A stretch of DNA of 63,710 nucleotides, filler included, from Dugesia japonica (Eukaryota), in assembly GCA_001938525.1 (NCBI GenBank). It is 5 parts of 5 records of this genome, joined end to end, with 100 filler letters (N's around TTAATTAATTAA, not from the genome) between each part and the next. Parts side by side here need not be neighbours in the genome. Positions count along the whole stretch, not along the records: positions 35,069 to 43,858 come from MQRL01608510.1; positions 43,959 to 55,402 come from MQRL01647413.1; 3 more parts are not named here. One strand, 5' to 3'. Below are positions 35,069-49,289 of this stretch, in pieces. The position numbers were made by a program, and so were the translations under genes. Under the pieces are notes generated by a model. The model was not told the DNA's origin. It worked only from the letters and a program-made list of their open reading frames with translations, and searched no databases. How positions within the stretch are numbered: position 1 is the stretch's first letter; each line of letters begins with the position of its first letter.

Positions 35069-38000
35069 TAGTTAAGAATTTCCCAGTTGTTTTGATTTTT
35101 GTATTTTTAATTGTAAATCTTTTGGTTACATTAACATTATTACTACATCCTGTTATAATCTTTATTTAAATATATGTTATCCGATAATCACAGTGTTCTT
35201 GAAAATGTGTATGTAAGCCCGCTCCCTAATATATTGGCAGCGGTGAACACAGAACTCGGTAACATACCAATTAATGCCCGAGATTTTGGCAAGCAAGATG
35301 ATGTTGAAAGATTCATTCGTAAATCTGAGATGTAGTTTGAGGTAAAAGGTTATCTCGAATAAAAGAGAGCGGGAAAGGTTGGTCACCAGTCTAATCGATG
35401 AAGAACTATTAGCTAAATATGTGGAAACATTTGCGAAAATAAAAGATTTCCAAGGACGATTAAGGTGGGCAATCAGTAAAGAAAGAGATGCGAAAGAAAT
35501 GTTAGATTACAGCTGAAAAGACGAGAATGTCGATAATTATATCAATAAAGTGGAAGATTTGGTGGAAAAACTGTTTGCCAATATGGAATTTATAAAGGAA
35601 AAGTTGACAGCTTAATTACTGGTACAATGCGCGGGAAATAAAATAGTAGAGGTAAAAGTAAATTTACGTAAAAGCAAAAAGTCGAAGAAATCAAAGAAAC
35701 TTTGAAACTTTTAGATAAACTGAAAAATAATGAAAATACAGATAATATTATGAGTTTTGCAGAAGCTGTAAAAATAGATAGAGAAACAAATAGAGTTCCT
35801 GAAACGAGACAACCTGAAAGACGAAATTTTCAAACGCAACAAAGGGTAATAACAAAATTTGTAAACGAACAACTGGATAAACATAGAAATGAAAAAGCGA
35901 CTTTGGTTTGTTGGAATTGCAATAAAGCTGGCCACATGAGATAGGAATGTCAGTTTATTTCAAGGATCAGGTCTTGTACATGTGAACGAGTTGGTCACAC
36001 TAGCCGAAGGTGCTCAAAGAAACAAGCTATTCAGTGTTTTCAATGCGGACAGATAGGCCACATCAGAAGAGAATGTCAAAGAATGAACAATAGAGGTAAC
36101 AGCTATGGAAGATATGAGACAGGAAGAAATGACAATTATTATCATAAAAAAGGACAAGAAGGGGAAATAATTCTAACAAAGGAGGTTATAATAGAAATAA
36201 ACAATTGAATGCAATAGATGAGGAGATGAATCATGGAGATAAAGTGGAAGCCAAAAGTATTGAAGGGAATATCAGACTCCTAAATGTGAGTACTCCAATA
36301 GTAGAGAAGTTAGTCGGAGCCATAAACTAAAAGTTAGTTCTACCGTATATCCTATGGTAATCGAGCACTGGGAGAATATAGAGAAGATAGGAGAGAAAGT
36401 TTTCAGATTTTAATTTAGAGATTCATTCATGGACAAGGATGACATAGTGGCAGTAATTGTGGAAGCGGGTTGCAAAGTAAAAATTGAATATAAAAAGTTT
36501 CAGGGCAGACCCAGTGTGGATGTACAGGTTGAAAGGAAACGAATGTACTGTTTATTGGAAACGGGAGCTGAAATTAAAGTACTTAAGGTTGGAGGAAATT
36601 TGGTAGTAAACAATTGGAAGAATGCGAGATGAATTTGCGTTTTGCAAATAACAGTACATTGGAAACTATGGAAAAAGTAAGATTGGATGTACATGTTGGC
36701 AACAAGAAAGAAGGAATTGTTTTCATGATGGGGAAACAAGTGGTTCCAAAAATGATTGGAGGTATAGAATTTCTGAATATTTTTTTAGAAGAAAAAACGG
36801 GAGTTCAAAGGGAAAGAGTATGTTTGGAAAAAAATTAATATGGATGAGCGTTAGGACAAGGCAAAAGGTGCCATAAATTAGGGAGATGACAAGCGTTTGA
36901 TGGAAATAAGAGATTGAGGGGAGAGGTTTTTATGTCGAATAAATGTAGTGGACCTAGTAAACCAAAATTAATATGGTCATCTGAACTGACAGAGATTTTT
37001 AAAGTATTGAAGAAGGAAAGAATTGTTAGCAGTATACTATTTTTGCTTACAATTTAAACACTATTTGTACAGGAGACGTTTTACACTAAGAACAGATCAT
37101 AAGGCGATTACTTTTATGTTAAAAACGAAGAAACCAGTGACGAGTCAATTTCAAACATGGATCAATTTTCTTAGCAGCTTAGATATTAACCTAGAATATA
37201 GAAAGAGGATATTGCATGGAAACGCGGGTGCTTTAAGTAGACTGGTGTGTGATAGATGTACACAATGTCAAACAAAACACGAGGGAGCAAAGATAGAAAA
37301 ACCAAAAACGAGACTTATTCAACCGGAGGATATTTTAGGATTTAAAACTGATGACGAAAATACGATTAAATTAGTTAGAAAAGGGACGAAAGTTTGGTTA
37401 ACAAGAAGTGAAAGAGACGAACAAATCGAGAAAATCCACAGATTTTTGTGTCATGTAGGTGTAGAAAAGACAACAGATTATATTTTGGCACGATATGAAG
37501 GAAAAGACTTGAAAGACGGGATAAAAGTATTTGTTCGAACTTGTAAGTCGTGTCAAAAGTCGAAGAAAAATACTGAAGGGGGTGAAAGAAAAGACGATTT
37601 GGTCGGACGACTTTGAACCATTTGAGGTGGTTTTTGTAGATGTTTGCGTACCGCTGAAGGAAACACTAGAGCGCAAGAAATACATTTTAGTAATAATTGA
37701 TCAAAATATCAAATTTATTAGACTGGTAGCATTGACAAAACAAGATGAAATAATAATTAGGACGAATCTTTGAAATGAATGAGTCTTAAAATTCGGGTCC
37801 CAGAAACTTTCGATCTGATTGTGGATAGGTGTTCGAATCTAANGAGATGAAGGAATGAGCAAAGAAGTTAAAGATTGGTTGGAAATAAGCGAGTCCATAC
37901 CACCACAACACTAAGGGGCAAATACAACGTCAATTCAGACGATAAGGGAGTGGTTAAATGCGACCATGAAAGAGAAGGAAATCAGATTGGGTTGAGCTTT

Positions 38001-38657
38001 TACCAGAAATTGAATTTGCACTTAACGCGACTAAACAAAAAAACAAACATATGAGCCCACTAAAGTTAGTAAGGGCGGTTGGCAGCCTGGAAAGAGAAAA
38101 GAGAAAACAAGTACATATGAGTTGGTTCCACAGATGATCAGTACAAGAAGGAAGTTTCAAGTGGGTGACGAAGTTCTGTTGGAGATTGAAACTAAGGACA
38201 AAGGAACGGATAAATATGAAGGCCCATATAAATTGATAGACAGAACACACGATAGACAGTACGAGTTAGTAGGCCAAGATGGCAGAAGAATCAAAAACTT
38301 AAATTATTCTTAAAGAGAGGGATGTGAGATACGTTATGTTGGAATAATTTGAGTTTTTAAAAATTAATTATTGTGTAAAATTATTATTTTAAATTGAGTT
38401 ATTTGAATATTTGACAGTTGTGTTTGATTTTAAAAATCTAGTTTTGAAAATTATTTTTTGGAATTATCTATTTAGTTAAGAATTTCCAAGTTGATTTGAT
38501 TTTTGTATTTGTACCGTAAGATTTTTATATTCTTAATTGTAAATTTTTTGGTTACATTAACATTATAATTACATTCTGTTATTATCTTTATTTAAATATA
38601 TGTTATCCGATAACCACAGTGTTTTTGAAAATGGGTATGTAAGCCAGCTCCCTAACA
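35069..38657 (+). mobile_element. Ty3/Gypsy LTR retrotransposon, degenerate, RT deleted
   Basis: Partial 5' LTR 35069-35231 matches 3' LTR 38323-38657 (TGTG...AACA). PBS TGGCAGCGGTG at 35235 and PPT AAAGAGAGGGA. Gag CCHC knuckles, protease LLETGA, RNase H tail RTDHKA and integrase zinc/core motifs. Confidence 0.9.
38323..38657 (+). repeat. 3' LTR of the Gypsy element
   Basis: TG...CA ends, preceded by a polypurine tract, and homologous to 35069-35231. Confidence 0.85.
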
Positions 38658-39897
38658 ATAATATTATTAATAATTTAATTTATAATGCTTACTGTGCCAA
38701 GCTTTTAAATTTTTAATAAAAATTTAATAAGATGCGAAATTTTTCAAGTTAAAACAACAAAAAAATTAATTTGAATTTTATAATGCTCAATGCGCAGTGC
38801 TTTTAATTTTTAATAAAATAAGTAATGCATGAAATTTCTTCTTGTTAATTAAAACAAAAAAAGTTAGTATGAGGTCAACTGAAATGTAAAATTTCACACC
38901 TAATATTGTTTATTTAAAACGTGTGTAAATTCATAAAAAAATTAAATTTTTTAAGGTCAACAAAAGTGTAAAAATTCACACCTAGCATTGTTTATTTTAA
39001 AGGTGAGAAAATGGGCGTTAAAGGTGTGAATTTTCACACATCGGGTATCAATATCCATTGTTTGCATTACTTTGTGATTACGTCACTTCCTATCTAGATA
39101 GCTCACTTCCACCTAGTTTCATCCACTTAATTGTATTTAGGTAATAATTTATTTTTCTAACTGTTATTTGATCTAAAAGTTTAATTACTTAATTTTCTTA
39201 ATTATCTCCAAATCATTATGTATTTCAAGATTACTAATGACAAAATTATTATTTTTTGATTGTCTCCGGTTTGGATTTTAATGTAAATATCTAACCATCT
39301 ACTAAAGTTTTCTGATGTCTCTCCTACTTTGCTGTTTTTTAATATTTTTACATATATATAATTTGTACCAAATACAAAATCAAATTTATATAAATAAACA
39401 TGAGACAAAATTGGTAAAATATTCATTAAAGGAAATAATTATGAGATTTCCGAAGTTTTCTGTTCTGTTTTCATATATTCTTTTCCTTTATCAGTTGATT
39501 TAGCAAGAATTTTAAACATTTACCATGTTTACTGTATTCAACACTGTTTTATTTTTATTGATTACCAAATACTTCTTTCCGATTGAAACTAAATAAATTA
39601 AATTAAAAATAATACATGTTAAAGATTAAAAATACTAATAATAATAAAAAAAAAATAAATAATAATAAAAAAAAAATAAATAATAATAATTATAAGGAAA
39701 TAATTATTATTTAATATTTTTGGTCAATAGAAATTGAGTTATTTCAGTACTATGTTTCAATCAGTTCTTTTNNNNNNNNNNNNNNNNNNNNNNNNNNNNN
39801 NNNNNNNNNNNNNNNNNNNNNNNNNNNNNNNNNNNNNNNNNNNNNNNNNNNNNNNNNNNNNNNNNNNNNNNNNNNNNNNNNNNNNNNNNNNNNNNNN

Positions 39898-42800
39898 ACC
39901 GATTCCATTACAGAGAGGTTATTGCCGAAAGTTTTCTGCAGAGGAGATGATATTGAGAAATTTATCAAGCGGTGTGAATTGTATTTTGAAGCTAAAAGCC
40001 TGACCTATGTGAAATAACAGGAGAGATTAGTCTCTTGTGTGTTAGATGAACATTTGTTAGACGAATATGCAAAGACTTTGAAAAAAGTTGAAGGATTTCA
40101 GGCCCGTTTACGTATGACATTTGAGAAACAGAAAGATGTTATCAAAGATTTTCGAAATTTCATTAATTACAGGCGTGGAGATGAAGAAAATCAAGTTTAT
40201 TTTAAAAATGTAAAAGATTTAGTGGAAAGATTATTTACCAATAAAGATTTTACAAAAGACAAAATGGTAGCAAAGATGATAGTATATTGTTCAGATAACA
40301 AAAACGTTGAAGAGTAAGTGACTTTGATAAAACGAGAGAATATAGAAGAAATTGAAGAAACAATGATGTTAGTAGATCAAGTAGAGAAAAAAGAGAGAGA
40401 GAAGTTAGAAGTTACGCTAGAGTTACAAGTTGAAATTATCAGAAACCAGTAAATCATACAGTGAATAGACATGTGAAGCAAAGAAAGGAAAAACAAAATG
40501 TCGAATGTTAGTCATGTCATAAGATCGGTCATACTAAAGCAAAATGTCTGACCAAAAAAGTTGTGGAGTGTTGGAATTGTCTAAAAACGGGACATTTAAG
40601 TCTAGATTGTCCAAATAAAAAACCAACAAAATTTTTTGGATGTGGAAAGGTTAGCCATATTAGGAGGTTATGTCAAGAAGTGAGGTGTAAATGATATGGT
40701 AATGGTGGACATAGAGCACAAGAGTGCTAAACAAATTTAAAAATGAAAAGAACAAGTGAGAAATCTATGACTGCAAAAAGATTAAGAAACCGATATAATC
40801 GAGTTTATGCGATTGAAGATGAAGATGTCAGTACAAACGATGGATATGAGGAAGTATATGAAAGTGATTCCGAAAGGCAGTTCTCTCCACTAGTGGAGGA
40901 GTTGGTTGGAGCCTTCCATTGTTAAATGAAGTTATTAATAATCCTCAATTCTTAAAAAGGAAAGATTTTTGCGGATGAAAGAAAAACAGAATGGGTTGGA
41001 ACAGTTGAAGCAGAAAAGAAAACAAATATTTTGTACCATAAATTTCAAGGTAGACCAAGTGCTACGGTATCAATTCAAGAAAATAAAGTTGAATGTCTTT
41101 TAGCTACAGGGGCTAGAATTAACGTGATGAATTTGAGTTGTTTTAATAAATTACGAAAAGTAAATTTAGAAAAGAGTGATGAAAGATTGCGTTGTGCAAA
41201 TAATTGTACACTGGAAATTGTTGGGAAAGTTAGAACCGGAGTGATAATTGATGAAGTTTGCAAAGAGATTACTTTCTTAGTTGTTGAAAGATCTGATAGG
41301 AGGAATAAATATGCAGAATATATTTGGATACCAGCTTATGCGAAAGGTCGATAGCAAAACGNNNNNNNNNNNNNNNNNNNNNNNNNNNNNNNNNNNNNNN
41401 NNNNNNNNNNNNNNNNNNNNNNNNNNNNNNNNNNNNNNNNNNNNNNNNNNNNNNNNNNNNNNNNNGAAAATAATTGGAAGTAAAGAAGATGCTTTTATGG
41501 CAGATAAATGGGATGTAGGATGCACACATCTAACAAGGCACAAAATAATCACAAGAGGTGAACCAATCAATGTAAACCCGTATAGACAACCAATGAACTT
41601 AGAATCTAAAATTGAAGAAGCTATCTTAAACCTTTTCGAGAATAATATTTTTCGGAAATGCAATTCTCCATGGAATACCCCACTGATCTGTGTTTGGAAA
41701 AAGGAAAATTAGGACATAAGAATATGCTTGGATTTCATACAATTGAATGCAGTAACGAAAAGACAAGCCTTTCCGATGCCTAATTTAGATGAAATGCTGA
41801 GCAAGTTAGATGGAGCCAAATATTTTAGTTCAATAGACTTAAGAAATGCATACTATCAGGTAGAGCTAAAAAAAGAATCTCAAGAAAAAACGGAGTTTTC
41901 AACGAAGCATTGACAATATTGTTTGAATAGAATGCCATTTGGCATTGCAGCGGCACCAGGGACATTTCAAGAGATGCAGACAAAAGTGTAAGGCAGAATC
42001 AATGGAGCCATGATTTATCTTGATGATATCCTGATATTTACAAACAATAAAGATCAACACTATGACGTAATCAAAAGTGTATTGACGGAAAAAATGAAGG
42101 CTAGTCAAGGAATAATTCCAGAGAAGTGTCAGTTTCACCAAAGTTAAATCAAATTTCTTGGACACATAATTAGTAGAGATGGTGTCAGAACTGATAAGTC
42201 TAAAATAGAAGCTATAAGAACATTTGACAAACCTAACTGTGTGAAGAAGTTACGAATTTGTTTAGGAATATGTAATTATTACAGAACGTTTATATAAAAC
42301 TACGCAAGAAAATCAAGAATCTTAGAAGAGTTGTCTAGCGGTGGAAGCAAAAAAAAATTAGAATGGACAGATGAAACAAACGATACTTTTAAGGGTCTAA
42401 AGAAATCTCTAATGACTGCACCAATATTGTGTTTTCCAGACATAAACAAAGAATTAATATTACATACAGATGCCAGTTTTGATACGATTGGAGCAGTATT
42501 GTCCCAGAGAGATAAAGATGGAAGAGAACGAGTTGTTGCCTATGGATCTCACTCAATGACGAGTCATAAAAAAGGATATTGCATTACACGAAAGGAATTT
42601 TTGAGTGTTTATTATTTCTTCATGCACTTCAAGCACGGTAGAAGATTTACTCTTAAAACAGATAATAAAGCTCTAACCGTCATGATGATGACAAAGAAAC
42701 CAATAACATCTCAATTTCAGACATGAATTAATCATCTGAGTAGTCTAGACATTGTTCTGGAATATAGAAAAGGAATTCAACATGATAATGTAGATATGTT

Positions 42801-43858
42801 ATCTAGACCAAGATGTGAAGTATGTGTACAATGTCAAATGTCACATGAAGATGCCAAGAAAGGAAAGATTAAAACGAGAATACTAAACAAAATTGAAAAG
42901 AAAAAAGAAGAGCAATTAAACATTTCTGAGGACAAAGATTTAATCAAGAAATAAAAATTTCGGAGGAAAAAATACATAAGACAATAGAAGAAATACATAA
43001 ATTATTATGTCATGCAGAAGTTGAGAAGGTGTACGAATACATGAGAAACAAATACATTGCGAAGAATTTGTGGAGCCAAATACAGAAGATTGTTCGAAGT
43101 TGTAAAATTTGTCAGAATAGCAAAGTAGTGACGACAGCAACTAAAGAGAAGAAAATGAGATTAGAAGCTACAAATTTGTTTGAAGTCATATTCACAGATA
43201 TATGTGGGCCAATGCGGGAAACCAGTGAACGACAAAAATAAATTCTTGGAATAATCGAACAGTAAAGTTAATATCAGGTTCATATACCATTGCCTAGACA
43301 AGACGAGGAAACAATACAAAAAGTTATTTTCGAAAATTGGATATTGAAATTTGGTTGTCCAAGAGAAATAAGACTCGATTGTAAAAAAGCTTTTGAATCT
43401 AAAGTTATGAGAGACTTTGCATTGAAGTTAGATATTAAACTTTGCTTTTCGAATCCCTATCATCATACTGCAAACCAACAAATTAAAAGACAATTCAAGA
43501 CAATTCGAGATTTTATTAATGCAACACTTTAGGAAAGAAAGACAACAGATTTGGAAGATCTTTTACCGGAAATAGTATTTACAATGAAAGCAACAAAACA
43601 GAAGACGACTGAAAAAAAGATTAGCTGAGAAAAATGGTATGAGTGAGACGTTTCAAACTTAACTAAAGAAAACACTTCGGATGTGATCAGTAAAAGTGAA
43701 TTTAAAGTGGGTGATTTTGTACTCTAGATAGAAACAATAAATAAAAGTTAAGAAATATTTGAAGGTCCTTATCGAATAATTGATAGAATTCACGAAAGAC
43801 GGTATGCGGTACAAGGAGAAAATGGACAGCGATTAGAAAGAAATGTGGAAAAACTTAG
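39898..43858 (+). mobile_element. Ty3/Gypsy retrotransposon internal region (gag-PR-RT-RH-INT), degenerate
   Basis: CCHC knuckles ~40500-40730, LLATGA protease, SPWNTPLICVWKK, RMPFG, YLDD (~42015), HTDAS RNase H and integrase core. Many stops; cut by the contig end. Confidence 0.92.
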
Positions 43859-43958
43859 NNNNNNNNNNNNNNNNNNNNNNNNNNNNNNNNNNNNNNNNNN
43901 NNTTAATTAATTAANNNNNNNNNNNNNNNNNNNNNNNNNNNNNNNNNNNNNNNNNNNN
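43859..43958. other. Artificial contig-joining spacer
   Basis: 44 N + TTAATTAATTAA + 44 N. Confidence 0.95.
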
Positions 43959-45749
43959 CAAAAACGGTGAAAACAGAATAACAGTGAAAAAACAACTGTT
44001 TCTTGTTTAATCTTTTCCATTAAAAACAGCTGTTCTTCTATTTCTGTTAACTGAAATTATTGAAATCAAACTAGTCTAATATGGACAGAAAGTTAAGGAA
44101 CAAATATGGATCCTCAATTATAGACTTCATATCTGCTGAATTGAATTATTCCTTTACAGTGTGGACATTTAAGTATGAAGTATTCGTTATTTGAGCCCTT
44201 TTCCAATTTTATAAATTTTCCGTACTGGTGAACATGACAATTCTCGCATTTCAAATAACAGAAACAGAATAATTATTGCGAATATGGAGTTTAAAAGTTT
44301 TCCTTTTGCCAATAACGTTTTTTATAGCATCAATTTTATGGATCATATCGTTATCTATGATTAGTCAAGCATTCTCAATGTTATTTTTTATAAAAAATTT
44401 GATCAAATCAGCTGTAAATGGTTGAAAAACCTTTGAATTAACATTTTATCCCTAAAATATTTTGTTACATTTTAAACCATTTATTATTATGGTCTACATT
44501 AGAGGAACATAACGGCTCTTTAAAGTCTTTTGCGAAGATGATTTTTTAAACCAATTTTATGAATAAAAGTTATTTTGTCTCTTCGTTCAAAAATTTCTTA
44601 AGAAAAACTTTGGTTTGTGTCTATGATCCACTTCAACAACCTCATAGTTGTAAATCTTAGTTATCATTAGTTTTTCTTTATTTATTTTAGAGTAATATTT
44701 TGGCGATTTTTTACAAACTTTCCTCTGCTTGTTTATCCAACTTTGAAAATATAATATTGTTACCGTTGTGTAAAAAAATTAAAATTTGAATCATTAATGA
44801 AAATCTTTAAGATATAATAGATTTACTTTTGAATTTCTTTCTCTTGAGTTTTTTATTTTTATTGTTTATAGTCAATAGTGGTGTAGATGAAGAATTCATT
44901 ACCAGTTTTTATTACTCTATTTTCGAAATTTAGTTCTCATTTGAATTGGTAATAAATTCATTAAGATATTTTCTTCCGTGTTTCTCAGATATTATAGTTA
45001 ATTATAGTGATTTGTCCAATGTTGAAGTACAGATAGTATTAAACTTACTGTTTTTCATTGAGCATTGACTAAGTAGGTATACCCTTCAGATAGTGATGGG
45101 AATGTAATTGGTGATACCATTATTCTTGGAGAAAATAACAATTGATTGGTATTCAATATAAATAGCTGATTCATAATGAAATTCAATAATTCCAATTAAA
45201 TACTAAAAACAGAATCACCAATCGAATTAATTATTACATATTTCAAGAAAATCACAATAATAATTAAATAGAAACAATGCTGATTCACATGTATAATCAT
45301 ATTATTCCTGTTCATGATTTTAATATCTAAATGATTAGCGTAAAGTATGATTAATATCATGAATAAATTACAATGAATGATTACATTCGTTATATGAAAA
45401 AGATTTTTAAAAAAAAATTATAAGTGCGTTAAAATAATTAAAATACATCTAATTCTGGTATTACGCGCATATGATTTTACGCGATTCCAAAAAAATATTG
45501 CACTGTTATTACGTGGTTTAAATTTTTTTCATTTAAAAATATTTTAGTCAGAAAATATATCTAGGAGCTTGTTTTAACACGTTTCTAGAAATAAACACTA
45601 AATCGTATGATACAAAAAATTTAAGACACTATTATACAGGGGATTTCCATTATCTATTTAAAGTACAGTCACGGATGGGCAATTTAAATTTAATATTTAA
45701 ACGGAGTTATTACAAAAAATTTGCATAAATTTTACTGAAAAATAAATTT

Positions 45750-45930
45750 TATTTTTACTTTGTTGGAATAAACAAATTATTGTTGTCTTATTTCTTTTTA
45801 TAAAGTTATGGAATCATCTGATCTTTTGAATGCAACGATGAGTGTTACAAACTCGTCTAACATGGTGGCAGCGGTAAACACTGATGGAATCACGGAGATT
45901 ATTAACAAAGATATTTGATATATATTTCTA
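45750..45930 (+). mobile_element. Gypsy fragment: LTR 3' end, PBS and gag start
   Basis: CTAACA-TGGTGGCAGCGGT (45863-45875) followed by AAACACTGATGGAATCAC parallels 60170-60206. Outer boundaries approximate. Confidence 0.55.
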
Positions 45931-47245
45931 GTAAAGTTGTTAATATCGTAATCGAGCTCTCCGTTTCTTTGTCTTGTCACTTTTTTTATAATATAATATG
46001 TCATAGTATAAATAAATACAATAATTCATATTTTTAAAATTTAGATTCTGAAGTATGAGTCATTTGTAGTTTATTGTTGCACCAAGGTTTTCTCTCCGAT
46101 TGTTTATGTTTCTTCTATAAATACAAAAATCNNNNNNNNNNNNNNNNNNNNNNNNNNNNNNNNNNNNNNNNNNNNNNNNNNNNNNNNNNNNNNNNNNNNN
46201 NNNNNNNNNNNNNNNNNNNNNNNNNNNNNNNNNNNNNNNNNNNNNNNNNNNNNNNNNNNNNNNNNNNNNNNNNNNNNNNNNNNNNNNNNNNNNNNNNNNN
46301 NAATAATACATTAGTAGGGGGATACTAGCGCACCAAACCAGACTGACTGGTGATGGATCAATAAAACCCTTGAAGCCATTTAAATCTTTTAAAATGTATT
46401 TTTATATATCAAATTAGGATTCGTTAAAATCGAAAAATGATAGCGAACATTTCTAATATGTTTTCACAACACTGTGATCAACCATTCAAAACCATGAAAA
46501 ACACTAAACTTTATCAATTTGATCAAGCCAAATTAGGTATTAGGAAATGTAAATTTATCAAAAAACCTTCTAGTGAACCCTTAACATTCAATATCTGTAG
46601 ACCTTTTAATTTATATAACAAATTAGACAACGTTCAAATTGTACTAAGATGACAAATATTTCTAGAATAACAATATATGATAACGCAAAACATCCACTAT
46701 TTAAACAAAAACCTTATAATTTCAATTTGTGATTGTTTAATTGTGTATTTTAGTTAATACCCATATGAATAGTCTTAAAAAATTAAAATATTATAAAATT
46801 AATCACATACTTATTTTGACAACTATTTGTATTAATATTATTATTATTATTATAATTATTAATATGATCAAAATNNNNNNNNNNNNNNNNNNNNNNNNNN
46901 NNNNNNNNNNNNNNNNNNNNNNNNNNNNNNNNNNNNNNNNNNNNNNNNNNNNNNNNNNNNNNNNNNNNNNNNNNNNNNNNNNNNNNNNNNNNNNNNNNNN
47001 NNNNNNNNNNNNNNNNNNNNNNNNNNNNNNNNNNNNNNNNNNNNNNNNNNNNNNNNNNNNNNNNNNNNNNNNNNNNNNNNNNNNNTACTCTATTGTACTC
47101 TTAATATTATTTCTATTAAAACTTATAAAAAATTATCAAAAATAATTATTATCAATAAAAGTTATTTAGAAGATAAAATTAACAATATAATATATATTAT
47201 TGCAAAATATTTTATTTAAATACATAAATTACCATTAAAAATTAT

Positions 47246-48383
47246 TGTTGGCGTCCCACATGAGTTGGGTGTGGAGAAAAATGACTTGGGGAAAAAGACA
47301 GCCCTCTGGGTATCCGTTCAAGAATTTACCTAATGCCCCTTATTAGGATTTCTATGTGAAGCAGTTGACTCCCAACTCTTATTTGGGTACTCACTTACAC
47401 ATCTTTTTATTCGGGTTCAAGATTTCCGCTTATTTTAATTTATAAATAAATTAACAACAAAATCATAAGAATAGTTTATTTGTCTTTAATTTATCAGTAA
47501 TTTAGAGCACCCGGATCTAACCACCGGGTAGGCTAACTATTCACGAAATTAAATTAATTTCTTTTCCTTTAATACAAAATTTATTCAATTCAATTTTCAA
47601 ACGGTACTACTTTAACTTGTTCTTATTACTCTTCTTCGTCCAATTAGTGAGGCGATTTACCTTGTAAAGATTTTGTAATACAATTCAAAAATGTTTAAAT
47701 TGTTTTTTATATCAAATATTGGTTTTATCTGGTAAAAACATTTTGTGAATAAATTCAACTTAGTTAATTTTATGAAAATATTGTCTTCTTTTCAACTAAA
47801 TTTTGGGGATCTTTTATAGCTTTTCATGTGCACCCGGACTACTTTTAGGACACCGGCTGACTTTCATGTATTCGTTTTTCGTTTATTTTCTGGTCCCTCA
47901 TTAGCCTATTCTTCAACCCCTTTTCTNNNNNNNNNNNNNNNNNNNNNNNNNNNNNNNNNNNNNNNNNNNNNNNNNNNNNNNNNNNNNNNNNNNNNNNNNN
48001 NNNNNNNNNNNNNNNNNNNNNNNNNNNNNNNNNNNNNNNNNNNNNNNNNNNNNNNNNNNNNNNNNNNNNNNNNNNNNNNCAAAATTAATTAATTTTTTAC
48101 TTGTTAATTAATCATTATTTTAATGATAGTTTCCCTGTTTTTAGGTAATAAATTATACTTCCTTTAATTAGAATTGATTAGGGCTAATTTTTTATCCATC
48201 TGGTATTTTCTTTCTTCATTTTGCATTTTCTTCATATTTTTTTTTTGATATAATTATGATAATTTTATCAAAATGACAATTATTCCTAATTAGTTTCTCT
48301 GATTTCCCCTTCTTTACTTTATTGTTTCTGATTTAGGCCCCTGTTTATAATTTCCTTTTTAGACCGGGTGTTTCACCCCAACA
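47246..48383 (-). mobile_element. Solo LTR nested in the TIR element
   Basis: TGTTGG...CCAACA ends and 4-bp TSD TTAT. Terminus GGTGTTTC.CCCCAACA is shared with the LTR ending at 56687. Confidence 0.65.
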
Positions 48384-49255
48384 TTATTATAAAAATTATT
48401 NNNNNNNNNNNNNNNNNNNNNNNNNNNNNNNNNNNNNNNNNNNNNNNNNNNNNNNNNNNNNNNNNNNNNNNNNNNNNNNNNNNNNNNNNNNNNNNNNNNN
48501 NNNNNNNNNNNNNNNNNNNNNNNNNNNNNNNNNNNNNNNNNNNNNNTATAAATAATATGAAAAACACTTGCTTAAATAATTTCATGAAAAATAATTTTTT
48601 ATCAATTGAATGACATCTTCATACTTTTTATTATTAGTTCTAATGATACTTTGAATTATAAAATTTCAGTTTTAATGTATAGCTTCTAAAAGAAGATGGA
48701 CACCTATTTCAGTCATGCTTGATGAACATCAAAAATCATTTTCTATGTGACATCACATAACAATCATTTAAAATTATCTGCATATTAATAATAATAACAT
48801 AATATGACTGTATCATATTTATATCAATAACTAAAATTTTTAAGTAAATGTATTTTAAATAATAAATTTACCATCTTTCGCTTATTGACTTTCGCTTATA
48901 TGTTGATTTATGTTCTAAAATTGATCTTTCTAAAATTTTAAAATTAATAGCTAATATAATAGAATTTTATAATTACAATTATTGTGAGAATAATTGTTGG
49001 ACTTAACCATTGATTGGATTTGAGATTTCATTAAAATAAGATAAGGCTTCGATCAAAACAAAATTTATTTGTAAAAAAGTTTGTAAAAAAGAATCCTAAA
49101 TATCAAAGTATGCATTTATTAATTTATTAATTAATTTATTAATTAAAAGTTTGTAAAAAAGAATCCTAAATATCAAAGTATGCATTTATTAATTTTATTT
49201 TTTATATTTCAATTATTAGATTTTATATTTGAAATAAATTTTAAAACATCATGAT

Positions 49256-49289
49256 GTTCCTGAAGAAGACTATTGTCGAAAATTTGAAC
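49256..49289 (+). ncRNA. Minimal type I hammerhead ribozyme (Penelope-type), core intact
   Basis: GTTC (stem I) CTGAAGA A GAC-TATT-GTC (stem II) GAAA ATTT (palindromic AATT stem III) GAAC (stem I'). Confidence 0.7.

Noticed and set aside
43959-45300. Possible LINE remnants (also ~3000-3500, 18270-18900, 50900-51700)
   Set aside because: Coding-like composition, but no ordered motif set I could identify with confidence.
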